This document shows, one piece after another, positions 53,561 to 64,000 of a DNA stretch of 64,000 nucleotides. The notes under the pieces are model-generated. The model was not told the DNA's origin. It saw nothing but the letters and a program-made list of their open reading frames with translations, and searched no databases. Made by a program: the position numbers and the translations under genes. Within the stretch, counting starts at the first letter, position 1; every line of letters starts with the position of its first letter. Source of the stretch: Candidatus Roizmanbacteria bacterium RIFCSPHIGHO2_02_FULL_37_13b (GTDB lineage Bacteria; Patescibacteriota; Microgenomatia; UBA1406; HO2-37-13b); NCBI GenBank assembly GCA_001789395.1, contig MFZK01000021.1:2114-66113 (forward strand), given 5' to 3'.

Positions 53561-54252
53561 TGTTATATATAGTAGCTACACCGATTGGCAATATTGAAGA
53601 TACGTCCCTTCGAGCTGTCAAAACATTAATTCAAAGTGATGTTCTCCTAGTTGAAGATACCGCTACTTTTGATAGCTACTATAAAAGAATTCAGAGTATT
53701 TTTTGTATTACAGCAAAAGAAAATCAAAAAATCATTCATTTCCATAAAGAAAATGAATTTTTAAAAATTCCTGAGTGTATTTCACTATTAAAAGAGGACA
53801 AACTGATTAGTCTTGTTTCTGAATCCGGTTTACCGACAATTTCGGATCCAGGATATATTCTCATTGATCGATTAATAAAAATGAATATAAAATATTCTGT
53901 TATTCCTGGTCCAACAGCATTTACCACAGCTGCCGTTATGTCGGGATTTCCACTAAATCATATCATATATCTAGGTTTTTTACCTAAAAAAGAACAACAA
54001 ATAATACATTTGATAAACAATTTATCACACTCGCAGTTAATAAATATCAAACCAACCATTGTATTCTATGAATCACCACACAGGATAAAAAAAACTCTAG
54101 AGATAATTTATCAAATATTGCCCGATTGTAGTATTGCTGTTTGTCGTGAGATGACTAAGAAATTCGAAGAAATAATCAGAGGAGATATCAAAAACTTAAA
54201 AAAAGAAGATTATAAGGGTGAATTAACAGTGGTGATTCAAATTAAATCATAA
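53560..54252 (+). CDS. rsmI: 16S rRNA (cytidine1402-2'-O)-methyltransferase
   Basis: MLYIVATPIGNIEDTSLRAVKTL start and tetrapyrrole-methylase fold length (~230 aa). Confidence 0.8.
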   Translation: MLYIVATPIGNIEDTSLRAVKTLIQSDVLLVEDTATFDSYYKRIQSIFCITAKENQKIIHFHKENEFLKIPECISLLKEDKLISLVSESGLPTISDPGYILIDRLIKMNIKYSVIPGPTAFTTAAVMSGFPLNHIIYLGFLPKKEQQIIHLINNLSHSQLINIKPTIVFYESPHRIKKTLEIIYQILPDCSIAVCREMTKKFEEIIRGDIKNLKKEDYKGELTVVIQIKS

Positions 54253-54267
54253 TTCCTTTTGATAAAT

Positions 54268-55992
54268 CTAATACTCTTCAAGAGTTGAGGTATCCCCTAT
54301 TGGAAGACCTAATTCTTTTGCTTTCAATATTCTTCTCATTATTTTTCCAGATCGAGTTTTAGGTAGATGGTCTACAAATTCAATTTCTCTTGGGTAAGCA
54401 TGACCCGCAAGATTCTTTTTAACAAACATTGATAATTCTTCTTTAAGCTTATCTGATTGTTTAAAGGTGGGTTTAAGGACGACAAAGGCTTTTATTATTT
54501 CGCCACGCATTGGGTCTGGTTTACCTATCACGCCGGCTTCAACGACTGCCTCGTGAGCGACTAGAGCGGATTCAACTTCAAATGGTCCAACTCGTTCTCC
54601 CGCAGTCTTTATAACATCATCTGCTCGACCGACAAACCAATAATATCCGTCCCTATCCTTATATGCTAAATCTCCCGTAATATACAGCTTCTTTTTGAGG
54701 TCTTTGGAATATAAAAAGTATGACTGATATTTTTTTGGTCGTCGCCAGACTTTTTTCATCAATGATGGCCAATTTGGCTCAAGTGTGAGATTGCCAACCT
54801 TATTAACGCCAACTTCGTCACCGCTCTCTGCGATAATGTGTGGTTTTATACCCGGAAAAGGTTTGCCCATACTACCAGGTTTAATCGGTAATGCTGCATA
54901 ATTAGCAATGACAATGCCACCCGTTTCAGTTTGCCAATAATTATCATGGAAGGGTAAGTTAAATGCTTTTAAACCCCATCTTATAGGCTCAGGATTAAGG
55001 GGTTCACCAACAGATGCAAGAAATCGAAGACTGCTTAAGTCATATTTTTTTACTTTGGTTAGTCCTTGGGAAGCCAGCATGCGAATAGCTGTAGGAGCTG
55101 TATACCACACGGTGACTTTAAGTTTTTCAATGATTCTATACCAACCGTCAGCACTAAATCGACCCGGAAAAACGACCGTTGACGATCCACAAGCCCATGA
55201 TCCTAATATTTCATAGGCAATTCCCGTGACCCAACCCGGATCTGCCGTACACCAGTAAATATCGCTATCTTTAATATCTAAAACCCATTTCGCGGTTAAA
55301 TACTCATGAATAATTGCCTTATGTTGATGTACAATCCCTTTTGGTTTACCTGTGGTTCCTGAAGTATAGAGCATAAAAGCATCATCTGTCATGTCTGTTT
55401 CAGTGGTATTTAGAACGTCTGAATATTTATCTATCTCTGTCATTAAACCCTTGTCAATTAAAAGAATTCTTTTTAGATTTGGTAATTTATTTCGAATCGA
55501 TTTAAGACGTGTTGCCATTTCAGAGTTAGTTATTAGAAATTTGGCTTCAGATTGGCTGAGTCTGTCAAATATTGCTTGAGGACCGAAAGCTGAAAACATT
55601 GTTCCAGCAATGGCTCCTATTTTTAGAATTCCAATAAAAGATATATACAATTCAGGTACTCTTGGTAAAAAAATAAATACTCTATCACCCCTATTGCAAC
55701 CTATTGCTTTCAAGAAATTTCCCAGTTTATTAGAAGATAGCTCAAGGTCTAAGAAAGTGTATTTATTTACCGATTCATTTTCATCAACATAATAAAGTGC
55801 GACTTTATTTTTTCTATCAGAGAGAGCGTTTTTTGTGATAGCATTATATGCAGCGTTGATATGACGGGGGGAAAACCAAACTAGTTCACTAATATGTTTA
55901 TCATAATGAAAACCTTCGACTGCTTTTGAGTAATCAGGTAAATTAGGCGGCGATTTTAGATATTTATCTTTATGAATTGTGTCCACTATCAA
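54268..55992 (-). CDS. acs: AMP-forming acetyl/acyl-CoA synthetase
   Basis: AMP-binding signature YTSGTTGKPKG and a C-terminal PKTRSGKIMRR motif. Confidence 0.8.
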   Translation of the reverse strand: MIVDTIHKDKYLKSPPNLPDYSKAVEGFHYDKHISELVWFSPRHINAAYNAITKNALSDRKNKVALYYVDENESVNKYTFLDLELSSNKLGNFLKAIGCNRGDRVFIFLPRVPELYISFIGILKIGAIAGTMFSAFGPQAIFDRLSQSEAKFLITNSEMATRLKSIRNKLPNLKRILLIDKGLMTEIDKYSDVLNTTETDMTDDAFMLYTSGTTGKPKGIVHQHKAIIHEYLTAKWVLDIKDSDIYWCTADPGWVTGIAYEILGSWACGSSTVVFPGRFSADGWYRIIEKLKVTVWYTAPTAIRMLASQGLTKVKKYDLSSLRFLASVGEPLNPEPIRWGLKAFNLPFHDNYWQTETGGIVIANYAALPIKPGSMGKPFPGIKPHIIAESGDEVGVNKVGNLTLEPNWPSLMKKVWRRPKKYQSYFLYSKDLKKKLYITGDLAYKDRDGYYWFVGRADDVIKTAGERVGPFEVESALVAHEAVVEAGVIGKPDPMRGEIIKAFVVLKPTFKQSDKLKEELSMFVKKNLAGHAYPREIEFVDHLPKTRSGKIMRRILKAKELGLPIGDTSTLEEY

Positions 55993-56057
55993 ATGCTAAC
56001 TAGTTTTCATTTTATTGTCAACAAATAAATAAAGTTGCGACAATTCCCATATTTTGT

Positions 56058-56063
56058 TAATGT
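56058..56063 (+). promoter_or_regulatory. -10 box of a promoter placed 7 nt before the start codon (paired -35 TTGCGA at 56035-56040)
   Basis: TTGCGA, a 17-nt spacer, TAATGT, 7 nt, then the ATG at 56071. No SD motif is present. Confidence 0.4.
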
Positions 56064-56070
56064 AATTATT

Positions 56071-56973
56071 ATGTATGATCTATTGACAATAGGAGATATA
56101 ACATTGGACCTGTTTTTTAAAGGCGAAAGTTTAACTGAAGATAAAGATCGTTTTGCCCTTGCAATTGGAGGTAAATATCGTGTTGAAGATTTTTATTTTT
56201 CGTTAGGTGGTTGTGGAGCCAATGTCGCAGTTGGCACTGCTAACATTGGTTTAAGTACGGGCATTGTTAGCGTTATAGGCGATAATCCATTTAAAGGAAT
56301 TATTTTACAAAAAATAATTTCCAGCCAGGTATCAATTAGGGAGCTAATCTATGTTAGAGATTTTATTAATATTTCTACAGTTTTAATTGCAAAAAATGGC
56401 GATAGAAGTATTATTCATTACGTACAAGATAATTTAGATGCTATCCCAACAACAAGTTTTATTTCTTCCATCAACAAAACTAAATTCTTATACCTGGGTA
56501 ATTTACCCCATCTTAAAGCTAAAATAAAAGAGACGATTTTACTTCAAGCCAAGCGCTCTAAAATCACATCTTTTTTAACAGTGGGTAGTAATGATTGTCG
56601 GAATTTCAGGCAGGATGTACTTTCTTTGGTTGAACTAGCCGATTTTTTTGCATTAAATACACATGAGTTTGCTGAGCTTGTACAAAAAAAATATAGTGAT
56701 ATTGATTTTAAGCAGGGATTTAAAATGTTGAACACAAATAGATGTAGGATAATAGTAACTGATGGCAATAGAGGAAGCTATTTATACTACAAAGGCAAAT
56801 CGTATTTTCATCCGCCAGCAGCAATTCAAAAAATTATCGATACGACCGGAGCAGGTGATGCATATTTAAGTGGTTTTATATATGGATATTTTAAAACAGG
56901 GAATATTGAGATTTCTATGTCACAGGCAACGGATTATGCGGGGCGAGTAATTTCAAAAATAGGCGCTCAATAG
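56071..56973 (+). CDS. PfkB-family sugar kinase (ribokinase-like)
   Basis: MYDLLTIGDITLDLFF start, GGCGANVA, and DTTGAGDAYLSGFIYG motif 2. Confidence 0.75.
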   Translation: MYDLLTIGDITLDLFFKGESLTEDKDRFALAIGGKYRVEDFYFSLGGCGANVAVGTANIGLSTGIVSVIGDNPFKGIILQKIISSQVSIRELIYVRDFINISTVLIAKNGDRSIIHYVQDNLDAIPTTSFISSINKTKFLYLGNLPHLKAKIKETILLQAKRSKITSFLTVGSNDCRNFRQDVLSLVELADFFALNTHEFAELVQKKYSDIDFKQGFKMLNTNRCRIIVTDGNRGSYLYYKGKSYFHPPAAIQKIIDTTGAGDAYLSGFIYGYFKTGNIEISMSQATDYAGRVISKIGAQ

Positions 56974-58604
56974 GCATGAATATCTTCTAATAAATTTCTT
57001 CCTGTCATATCCGATGGAATAGGAATATGGAGCAATGATAATATTGTTGGAGCAATGTCAGCTAAAATACCGGATTGTAATACTGAGTTTGTGCCTTTCA
57101 GCCGACTGTTTATGACATAAAACGGCACTGGATTGCCACTATGCTCTGTAGATGCTAAGCCGGTTTTTGGATCAATCATTTCTTCAATATTTCCGTGATC
57201 GGCAGTTATAAATAGAGTATAGCTGGTATTAAGGACGCAATCGATTAATGATTTTAAACAAGTGTCTATCGATTTAATTGCAGAAATTGCCGCTTTAAGA
57301 TTGCCGGTATGAGCCACCATGTCAGGATTTGCGAAGTTAACCAAAATAAAGCGATATTTATCCTCGTATATTTTTTTAATTAATATCTCAGTCAGCTCCG
57401 TCGCCGACATTTCTGGTTTTAAATCGTATGTGGCCACCTTCGGAGAAGGTATAATGATTCTATCTTCATAGGGAAAACTTATCTCTCGCAGTCCATTAAA
57501 ATAAAATGTGACAAAGCGTTCTTTTTCACTTTCAGCCATTCTAAGTTGAGGCATTTGCCTTTGAGACAATACTCTTCCCAAAGGCATATGAATGATATGA
57601 GGTGGAAAAGCAACAATGGTCGGTAAATTTCTCTCATACTCTGTCATCGTTACGAAATATAAGTTGTCAATTTTTTTACCTCGAGTAAATGGTTGTTCAA
57701 ATACTGCTTTTTGCACAATATGAGAACCTTCATATTTTGTGGCATATGGGTCATAAGAAACTTGATTTGCATCTGTTTCAAATGATGGTAGAACAAATGC
57801 CTTTGTCAATTCTCTTGGACGATCTATCCTATAATTAAAAAAAATAATAGCATCACCTGGTTTAATTAAATCCAGTGGTGTTCCTGACTCATTGACAATA
57901 TTTGTTGGTTCCACAAATTCATCAGTCTTACCTTCAGAATATGAGATGTCTATAGCTTCGCGCCATGACATTGCTTTTTTACCGATACCTTCGGTCAAAC
58001 AGCGATAGGCTTTTTCAATTCTAGGCCATCTCTTATCACGATCCATAGCATAATAACGCCCCATGATTGAAATTATTTTACCGATACCCATTTCCTTAAT
58101 TTTCATCTCTAAATTTTCTAAATAATTTTTTGCTGATCTCGGCGAAGAATCCCTACCATCAGTAATGATGTTCATATTAATACGATCAAATTTATTCTCT
58201 TTAAAGAAGTACATCAAAGCATATAAATGATCAATGCTTGCGTGAACTGTACCTGAACCTACAAGTCCGATTAAATGAATATTTCCGCCGGTTTTAGACA
58301 CATGAGCAAGCGTACCTAAAAAGGCTTCATTTCGATAAAAAGAACCATCGGCTATAGCTAAATTGATACGCGGTAAACTTTGATAGACAATACGACCAGC
58401 ACCAATGTTCAAGTGTCCAACTTCAGTACTGCCAACTTCATTTTTTGGTAATCCAACCGATTCTCCTGAGGCTACCAGTTGTGTATTTGGATATAAATGT
58501 ATGAGACTATTAATTGTAGGAGGAACAGCCTGACTGATGGCGTTTCCCGATCCGACGGGTCCGATTCCAAATCCGTCTAAAATAACCAAAATTGCCGAAT
58601 TCAT
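56967..58604 (-). CDS. gpmI: 2,3-bisphosphoglycerate-independent phosphoglycerate mutase
   Basis: VILDGFG start region, 545 aa, and metal-binding ADHGN near the C-terminus. Confidence 0.9.
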   Translation of the reverse strand: MNSAILVILDGFGIGPVGSGNAISQAVPPTINSLIHLYPNTQLVASGESVGLPKNEVGSTEVGHLNIGAGRIVYQSLPRINLAIADGSFYRNEAFLGTLAHVSKTGGNIHLIGLVGSGTVHASIDHLYALMYFFKENKFDRINMNIITDGRDSSPRSAKNYLENLEMKIKEMGIGKIISIMGRYYAMDRDKRWPRIEKAYRCLTEGIGKKAMSWREAIDISYSEGKTDEFVEPTNIVNESGTPLDLIKPGDAIIFFNYRIDRPRELTKAFVLPSFETDANQVSYDPYATKYEGSHIVQKAVFEQPFTRGKKIDNLYFVTMTEYERNLPTIVAFPPHIIHMPLGRVLSQRQMPQLRMAESEKERFVTFYFNGLREISFPYEDRIIIPSPKVATYDLKPEMSATELTEILIKKIYEDKYRFILVNFANPDMVAHTGNLKAAISAIKSIDTCLKSLIDCVLNTSYTLFITADHGNIEEMIDPKTGLASTEHSGNPVPFYVINSRLKGTNSVLQSGILADIAPTILSLLHIPIPSDMTGRNLLEDIHAY

Positions 58605-59872
58605 ACTTTTGTAATTTGCGAATCTATTTGAAGTAAACGATTATATTTCGCAATTCGTTCTCCTCTGACAGGTGCACCAAATTTAACAAAATCGGCTTGT
58701 ATGCCAACGGAAAAATCAGCCAAGATGCTATCGTTACTTTCTCCCAAACGATGTGAGATTATTACCTTAAGATTGTTTTGTTTAGAAAGCGCAACTAGTT
58801 CCAATATTTGACTCATTGTTGCACATTGATTAAATTTTATAACTACTGCAGAACAACATTTATTCTTAACAGCACGCTCTAATCTATCCTTTCTTCCAGC
58901 GATAAAATCGTCACCTGCTAAATATATATTATTACTAACTTTTTCATTTAGAATGGTCCAATTATTGAAGTCTTGTTGTTCAATCGGGTCTTCCAGTATT
59001 AACAAATCATAGTCTTTACTAATTTGTACAAGAAAATCTATATATTCTTCAACTCGTAAACTTTGGGACTTGTCTTTTATTGAATAGCGACCATTAATAA
59101 AGTATTGTGATGCTGCTAAGTCGAGACCTAAATGAACATCTACTCCGAGTTTAACTTTACGTTGAATGAGTGATTCCTTGATAACTTCCAAGGCGTCCAT
59201 ATTTGTTAGAAGACTTGGAGCAAATCCACCCTCTTCGGAAACAGCTATTCCAGCATTACGATAATCTAAAACCTGCTTAAGATTATGATACGATTCAACT
59301 GCAAATTGTAATGATTGTTTATAACTCATTGATGTCGCCGGGATAATTTGAAATTCCTGCATTTCTAAATTTCTAGTACCATGTTTACCACCATTAATTA
59401 ATGTCACGATAAGATTTGGTATCTTTTCGATTACAGTGGTTTTTCCATAAAACTGATTAAATATTTTGTTGATATAAACAAAAAGCGGAATCCCTGATGC
59501 CTGGGCTCCTGCTTTTAGTATAATCTGCGATACTGAAGATATGGTATTTACACCAATTTTTTCCTGATTTGGTGTGCCATCTGCTTCTATTAACCAACGA
59601 TCAATGTCAAATTGTCGAAGTGGATCTATACCAATTAATTTTGGAGCGATTAATTCATTGATATAAGAAATAGCTTTATTGACCCCTAAGCCAAAGTATC
59701 TAGTCGGGTCTTGATCACGCAGCTCAACTCCTTCATATTTCCCGAGAGACTCTCCTGAACTAGCATATGAGCGTATTAACATATCATTATCTAATTCAAG
59801 AAGACATTCTATAGTAGGATAACCTCGACTATCTAAAACTTCTGTTGCGACTATTTTTTTAATTTTGGCCAT
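58601..59872 (-). CDS. eno: enolase
   Basis: IVATEVLDSRGYPTIE N-terminus and SHRLGES near the C-terminus. Confidence 0.9.
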   Translation of the reverse strand: MAKIKKIVATEVLDSRGYPTIECLLELDNDMLIRSYASSGESLGKYEGVELRDQDPTRYFGLGVNKAISYINELIAPKLIGIDPLRQFDIDRWLIEADGTPNQEKIGVNTISSVSQIILKAGAQASGIPLFVYINKIFNQFYGKTTVIEKIPNLIVTLINGGKHGTRNLEMQEFQIIPATSMSYKQSLQFAVESYHNLKQVLDYRNAGIAVSEEGGFAPSLLTNMDALEVIKESLIQRKVKLGVDVHLGLDLAASQYFINGRYSIKDKSQSLRVEEYIDFLVQISKDYDLLILEDPIEQQDFNNWTILNEKVSNNIYLAGDDFIAGRKDRLERAVKNKCCSAVVIKFNQCATMSQILELVALSKQNNLKVIISHRLGESNDSILADFSVGIQADFVKFGAPVRGERIAKYNRLLQIDSQITKV

Positions 59873-62187
59873 AATCTCTTTTCAATATCATGAACTAATT
59901 GTCGTGTACTATCTATAACGTCCGGTGTAACCGATAGACTTGTTATTCCCCATGCGACTAATTGCTCTGCTAAATCCGGATGATCAGAAGGTCCTTGACC
60001 ACAAACTGACACGGTAATATTTGATTTCTTACAAGCATCAATTACACGTTTCAAAGCCCATAAAACCGCGGGGTTTCGTTCGTCATAAAGATGAGCTATT
60101 TCCTGATTGTCTCTATCGACTCCTAGTATCAACATAGTCAAATCATTAGTTCCAATTGATACTCCATCTACACCTACTTTGATAAATTCATCAATTATTA
60201 TTGCTGATGATGGCACCTCAACCATAATCCAAAGTTTAAATGAAGGTTTGTTAAGTAAATCGTGCTGATCTAATATATCGCGAATTTGTTTAAGTTCATA
60301 AGGCGTTCTGATAAAAGGAATCATTAAATGTAGATTTTTATATCCCTTCGCGCGAATTTTCTTAATAGCTTGAAGTTCCATCGCAAAAACATCAGATGAA
60401 GCTATATATCGACTTGCTCCTCGAAAACCTATCATGGGATTTTCCTCATGTGGTTCATACAATTCCCCTCCCTTTAGGTGACGATACTCATTTGTTCTGA
60501 AATCTGTTGCTCTGTATACTATCGGTCGAGGAGAAAATGGTTTAACAAACATCAGCAATTTATCTACCAACTTATCAATAAAATCATTTTGTTTGTGTTG
60601 TTTAATAACCAATTTTGGATGAACTCCGATGTCTGCCATTATAAATTCAGCTCTAAGTAAACCTATGCCGTCGACATTGAATTTTGATATCCGTTGCGCT
60701 GCTTCAGGCTGAGCCAAATTTACATAAACTTTCGTCAATGTTTTAAGATGATGATTTGACGGCGTAATCTTCTTCATAAATTGAGACGCAGTTTTATACA
60801 CATTTCCACGATATACCAAACCTGTTGAACCATTTACGGTCACAATAGATTCGTGTTTTAATAGTGCTGTTGCTTTAAGAGCACCAACAACTGCGGGAAT
60901 TCCCAATTCTCGAGAAACAATTGCTGCATGTGATGTACGACCTCCCATCTCAGTGATAATGGCAGAAGCTCGTTTCATAGCAGGGACATAATCCGGGCTG
61001 GTATATCGAGCAACCAATATATCTCCCTTTTTAATTAAATCGTTTTCTGCAGGTGAGGATAATATTACCGGACGACCATAGCCGACACCCGGTGAAGCTG
61101 GGTCAGCTTTTATCAGATGATATTTATCCAGACTTATATCGGTCTCAGCTTTGAACATAGCTTTACCTGTTGTAGTAATCGGTCTTGACTGGACAATGTA
61201 GACATGTTTATTTTCTATCGCCCATTCAATATCTTGAGGAAAAAAGTAATGCTTTTCAATATTTTTGACCAATTTCGCAATTTGAATGACTTCAGCATCG
61301 GATATTTTCACACTATTTCCAGCTTTTTTTGAGATCCGAATCTCTATGTTTTGGTTACCCTTCTTTACCAGAGCTACGTCTTGGTGTCGGATTTGAACTT
61401 TTTTTATAGCTAAGTTTTTCTTGTCTACCTCAAAGTGATCAGGTGTAATTTTACCTTGTACTATATATTCACCAAGTCCTAAAATAGCTTCAATAGTAAT
61501 TAATGATTTGTCATTTGTGACAGGGTCTATGCTAAAGGCTATCCCTGATTTTTCTGATTGAACCATCAACTGTACTACTGCTGCAAGCCCTACTTTAAGA
61601 TCGTTAAATTTTTGATTGTGGCGATAATATATCGCCCTCTCAGTAAAAAGAGATGCCCAACACTCTCGAATTTTATTTATCAAATGGTTCTCACCTTGGA
61701 CATTTAAATACGATTCTTGCTGACCGGCGAATGATGCCGTTGGAAGATCTTCGGCCGTGGCTGATGACCGTACAGCTACAAGGGGTGAGTGTATTAACGA
61801 CTTAAAGCCTAGGGTCGTATGATCAACTATTGATAATTTCTTATAAATTTCCTCTTGTCTAGTTCTCAGTATTTCGTAATGATCGGCAATTCCATTAAGT
61901 AAATCGTTCGGTATTTTGCCCTCATTAAAGGCCGATCTTAGAGTTTTAGAAGCATAGGATAATTCTCCAGCATTTTCATGATCCAGATTTTTTAGAGTTT
62001 CTTGGATCTTGGTTTGTAACTTGTTGCTTTCGACAAAATAGAAATATGCAGCCGACGTTACGATAAAACCATATGGTACAGGAAATCCAGCTTGAAGCAT
62101 TTCCCCCAAATTTGCCCCTTTGCCACCAACAATTGAAACATCAGATTTGCCAACTTCTTCAAACCATTTAATATATTTAGTTCTCAT
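59851..62187 (-). CDS. ppsA: phosphoenolpyruvate synthase (pyruvate, water dikinase)
   Basis: GGKGANLGEM, the phosphohistidine motif GGRTSHAAIVSRELGIPAV, and a C-terminal PEP-utilising TIM barrel. Confidence 0.9.
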   Translation of the reverse strand: MRTKYIKWFEEVGKSDVSIVGGKGANLGEMLQAGFPVPYGFIVTSAAYFYFVESNKLQTKIQETLKNLDHENAGELSYASKTLRSAFNEGKIPNDLLNGIADHYEILRTRQEEIYKKLSIVDHTTLGFKSLIHSPLVAVRSSATAEDLPTASFAGQQESYLNVQGENHLINKIRECWASLFTERAIYYRHNQKFNDLKVGLAAVVQLMVQSEKSGIAFSIDPVTNDKSLITIEAILGLGEYIVQGKITPDHFEVDKKNLAIKKVQIRHQDVALVKKGNQNIEIRISKKAGNSVKISDAEVIQIAKLVKNIEKHYFFPQDIEWAIENKHVYIVQSRPITTTGKAMFKAETDISLDKYHLIKADPASPGVGYGRPVILSSPAENDLIKKGDILVARYTSPDYVPAMKRASAIITEMGGRTSHAAIVSRELGIPAVVGALKATALLKHESIVTVNGSTGLVYRGNVYKTASQFMKKITPSNHHLKTLTKVYVNLAQPEAAQRISKFNVDGIGLLRAEFIMADIGVHPKLVIKQHKQNDFIDKLVDKLLMFVKPFSPRPIVYRATDFRTNEYRHLKGGELYEPHEENPMIGFRGASRYIASSDVFAMELQAIKKIRAKGYKNLHLMIPFIRTPYELKQIRDILDQHDLLNKPSFKLWIMVEVPSSAIIIDEFIKVGVDGVSIGTNDLTMLILGVDRDNQEIAHLYDERNPAVLWALKRVIDACKKSNITVSVCGQGPSDHPDLAEQLVAWGITSLSVTPDVIDSTRQLVHDIEKRLWPKLKK

Positions 62188-62225
62188 TTTTTATTACAAA
62201 CTATTAAGAAATCAGTATAACCTAT

Positions 62226-63242
62226 TTAGTGTGATGATTGTAATTCTTTTTTGAAAAAATCTACCCACGGTATAGCAACTGGATCAACTTTGTAATGCTG
62301 ACTTAAATAATAAGAAATAAATGAATTTAATTGCAAAAGATATAAAAATTGACCTATATTATCTAATTGACTCGGCATATTTATTGATATCAAAGGAAAT
62401 TTCTGTCTCTCTAAAAGTGTTTTTGTTATCAAGATTCGTCGTTTATTTTGATTAAAATATAGATTTGATTCATAAATTACAAAAATAATTCTTTTATCTT
62501 CCGGATATTTTAATCCCTCTATCAAATGATGATTTAATTCAGGAATCAGATGATATTCCGCATAACATTTAGCTGTTTCATTTAATTGATTTCTAAAAAC
62601 ATGTACATTTCCCGATAAATGATCTGAAGCTACTAGGATAATTATATTGTTTTTAAGTTTCTCTATTGTCTTTTTGGCTTCTGCTTCGATATCCTGTTTG
62701 TTATCTGAAAGATACCTAATATTTGTTGCGAAGCTATTGACATTGATATTAAGTAGTGAAAGTCGCAATAATATTGCTATTGGGGAAAATATCATATAGC
62801 CTAATCCTAATCGCGGTTGGCCTGAAGGATTATAAATTGATGAAAATTGATAGTTGCAAAGATTGTTATCCTTCGATATTTGACCTAAAGCACCGCCTGA
62901 TGATATGGTTATAATTTTAGCACGTCGTCTTATAGCCTCCTGCGTAGTCTGAACAACTTCTTCTGTATTTCCTGAATAAGATGAACCGATAAAAAGTGTA
63001 TTTTCATTAATAAACGACGGAATTTCGTAATTGTTTACTTTATAAATTGGGATTTTAAGATTTTGTTTAAAAAGTGATTTTAAAACATAGTAATTGTAAA
63101 TTGACCCACCCATTCCTGATATGACGATATTTGTGACTTTTATGTAATTAATTGGAATATTTATTTTTTCAACGTCTGCTAGAACCTGGTTAATTTGATC
63201 CGGAAGATGGACTATAGATTTATAAACAGAATCGGCCAACAT
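62226..63242 (-). CDS. bifunctional phosphoglucose/phosphomannose isomerase (SIS-domain PGI/PMI type)
   Basis: SGMGGS and SYSGNTEE SIS motifs, ~338 aa, in a glycolytic gene context. Confidence 0.6.
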   Translation of the reverse strand: MLADSVYKSIVHLPDQINQVLADVEKINIPINYIKVTNIVISGMGGSIYNYYVLKSLFKQNLKIPIYKVNNYEIPSFINENTLFIGSSYSGNTEEVVQTTQEAIRRRAKIITISSGGALGQISKDNNLCNYQFSSIYNPSGQPRLGLGYMIFSPIAILLRLSLLNINVNSFATNIRYLSDNKQDIEAEAKKTIEKLKNNIIILVASDHLSGNVHVFRNQLNETAKCYAEYHLIPELNHHLIEGLKYPEDKRIIFVIYESNLYFNQNKRRILITKTLLERQKFPLISINMPSQLDNIGQFLYLLQLNSFISYYLSQHYKVDPVAIPWVDFFKKELQSSH

Positions 63243-63243
63243 A

Positions 63244-64000
63244 TTATTTTAAGATTCCACCTTGTTGAACAATCAAACTTGTAATCATCAATTTTATGCT
63301 CGATAACATTTGCTTGGTCGAAGCTTCAATATTAAGCCTGACAAGCGGTTCAGTTTTAGAGATTCTGACGTTAAACCAATAATCTTTATGAATAAATGTC
63401 AATCCATCCAGATGATCGATTTTACAATCGGATCCAAATTTTTCTTCCAACGTCCTTAGAATACCCGTCATATCAGTTACTTTAAAGTTAAGTTCTCCAC
63501 TTTGAAAATATTTTTCGTATTTTTTTTTCAACTGAGAAAGAGGTAGCTTGCTCTGAGATAATAACTCTAACATTTTTAATCCTCCAAGTAGCGATGATTC
63601 AGCACCAAAGTTATCAGAAAAATACAAATGACCAGAATGTTCGCCTCCAAATTCCGCTTTGGTTTCTTTCATTTTTTCTTTAAAAAAAGAATGTCCGACA
63701 GGCATTCTAATTGGTATGCCGCCATTCGCCTGAATAGTTTCAGGCACGATATTACCGCAAATTAAACCATACAATATCGGTCCTGCTTTTTTCTTTAAGA
63801 ATAGATCTGCAAGTAATGCTGTTGTAATTGTCCCTGATAACTTTTCACCTTTATCATCTATAAAGAAAATTCTATCAGCATCACCATCTAACGCAATACC
63901 TAAATCTGCTTCTTTTTCTACGACCATTTTTTTTAACTCAAGGACATTTTCGTCTTTTAGCGGATCGGCTAAATGGTGTGGAAAATTACCATCAGGATCT
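63244..64000 (-). CDS. phosphoglucomutase/phosphomannomutase (3' part; 5' end lies beyond the window)
   Basis: GIALDGDADR metal-binding loop. The frame stays open upstream of the track Met (...DPDGNFPHHLADPLKDENVLELKK) to nt 64000. Confidence 0.85.
   Translation of the reverse strand, partial: DPDGNFPHHLADPLKDENVLELKKMVVEKEADLGIALDGDADRIFFIDDKGEKLSGTITTALLADLFLKKKAGPILYGLICGNIVPETIQANGGIPIRMPVGHSFFKEKMKETKAEFGGEHSGHLYFSDNFGAESSLLGGLKMLELLSQSKLPLSQLKKKYEKYFQSGELNFKVTDMTGILRTLEEKFGSDCKIDHLDGLTFIHKDYWFNVRISKTEPLVRLNIEASTKQMLSSIKLMITSLIVQQGGILK

Overview
The window is an AT-rich, tightly packed bacterial chromosome segment, roughly one-third G+C by eye. Many genes overlap at their start and stop codons, and TGA is used as a stop, so the standard code applies. 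Gene content and several domain-minimised housekeeping proteins suggest a reduced-genome CPR/Patescibacteria-like monoderm; this is an inference and has not been searched. Contents in order: three large polytopic glycosyltransferase-like membrane proteins; a bipartite type IV pilus locus (pilin, pilC, pilT, pilB, then divergently holB, five prepilin-type genes and pilM/N/O); an rpsP/KH/rnc/nusB/rpmF/recG block; a class A PBP; pheST-rplT-rpmI-infC-thrS; a MiaB/MtaB-like enzyme; two orphan genes; a truncated trigger factor; two lysozyme-like hydrolase paralogs; a nadB/nadA/nadC cassette; ruvCAB; uvrB-uvrA-(transglutaminase-like)-uvrC-secG; and a lower-glycolysis block (gpmI, eno, ppsA, pgi/pmi, pgm). 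I located 11 tRNA genes by hand-folding, plus rpmF, which is missing from the ORF track. I found no CRISPR array, transposase, integrase or recognisable defence genes. Most worth a second look: (1) a family of GC-enriched structured intergenic elements with a shared TCCTG..CGAAGCGAA core, all co-oriented with local transcription, trailing tRNAs, bracketing the nad cassette and sitting in the pilus/glycosyltransferase locus; (2) a candidate pilin-glycosylation module directly behind the major pilin gene, including a GT gene whose conserved N-terminus has no canonical start and is in frame with the pilin stop; (3) a ~46% GC orphan gene encoding an acidic, proline-rich protein; (4) tRNA 5'-fragment duplications; (5) an exported transglutaminase-like protein inside the uvr operon. 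All functional calls rest on motif recognition by eye, not database searches.
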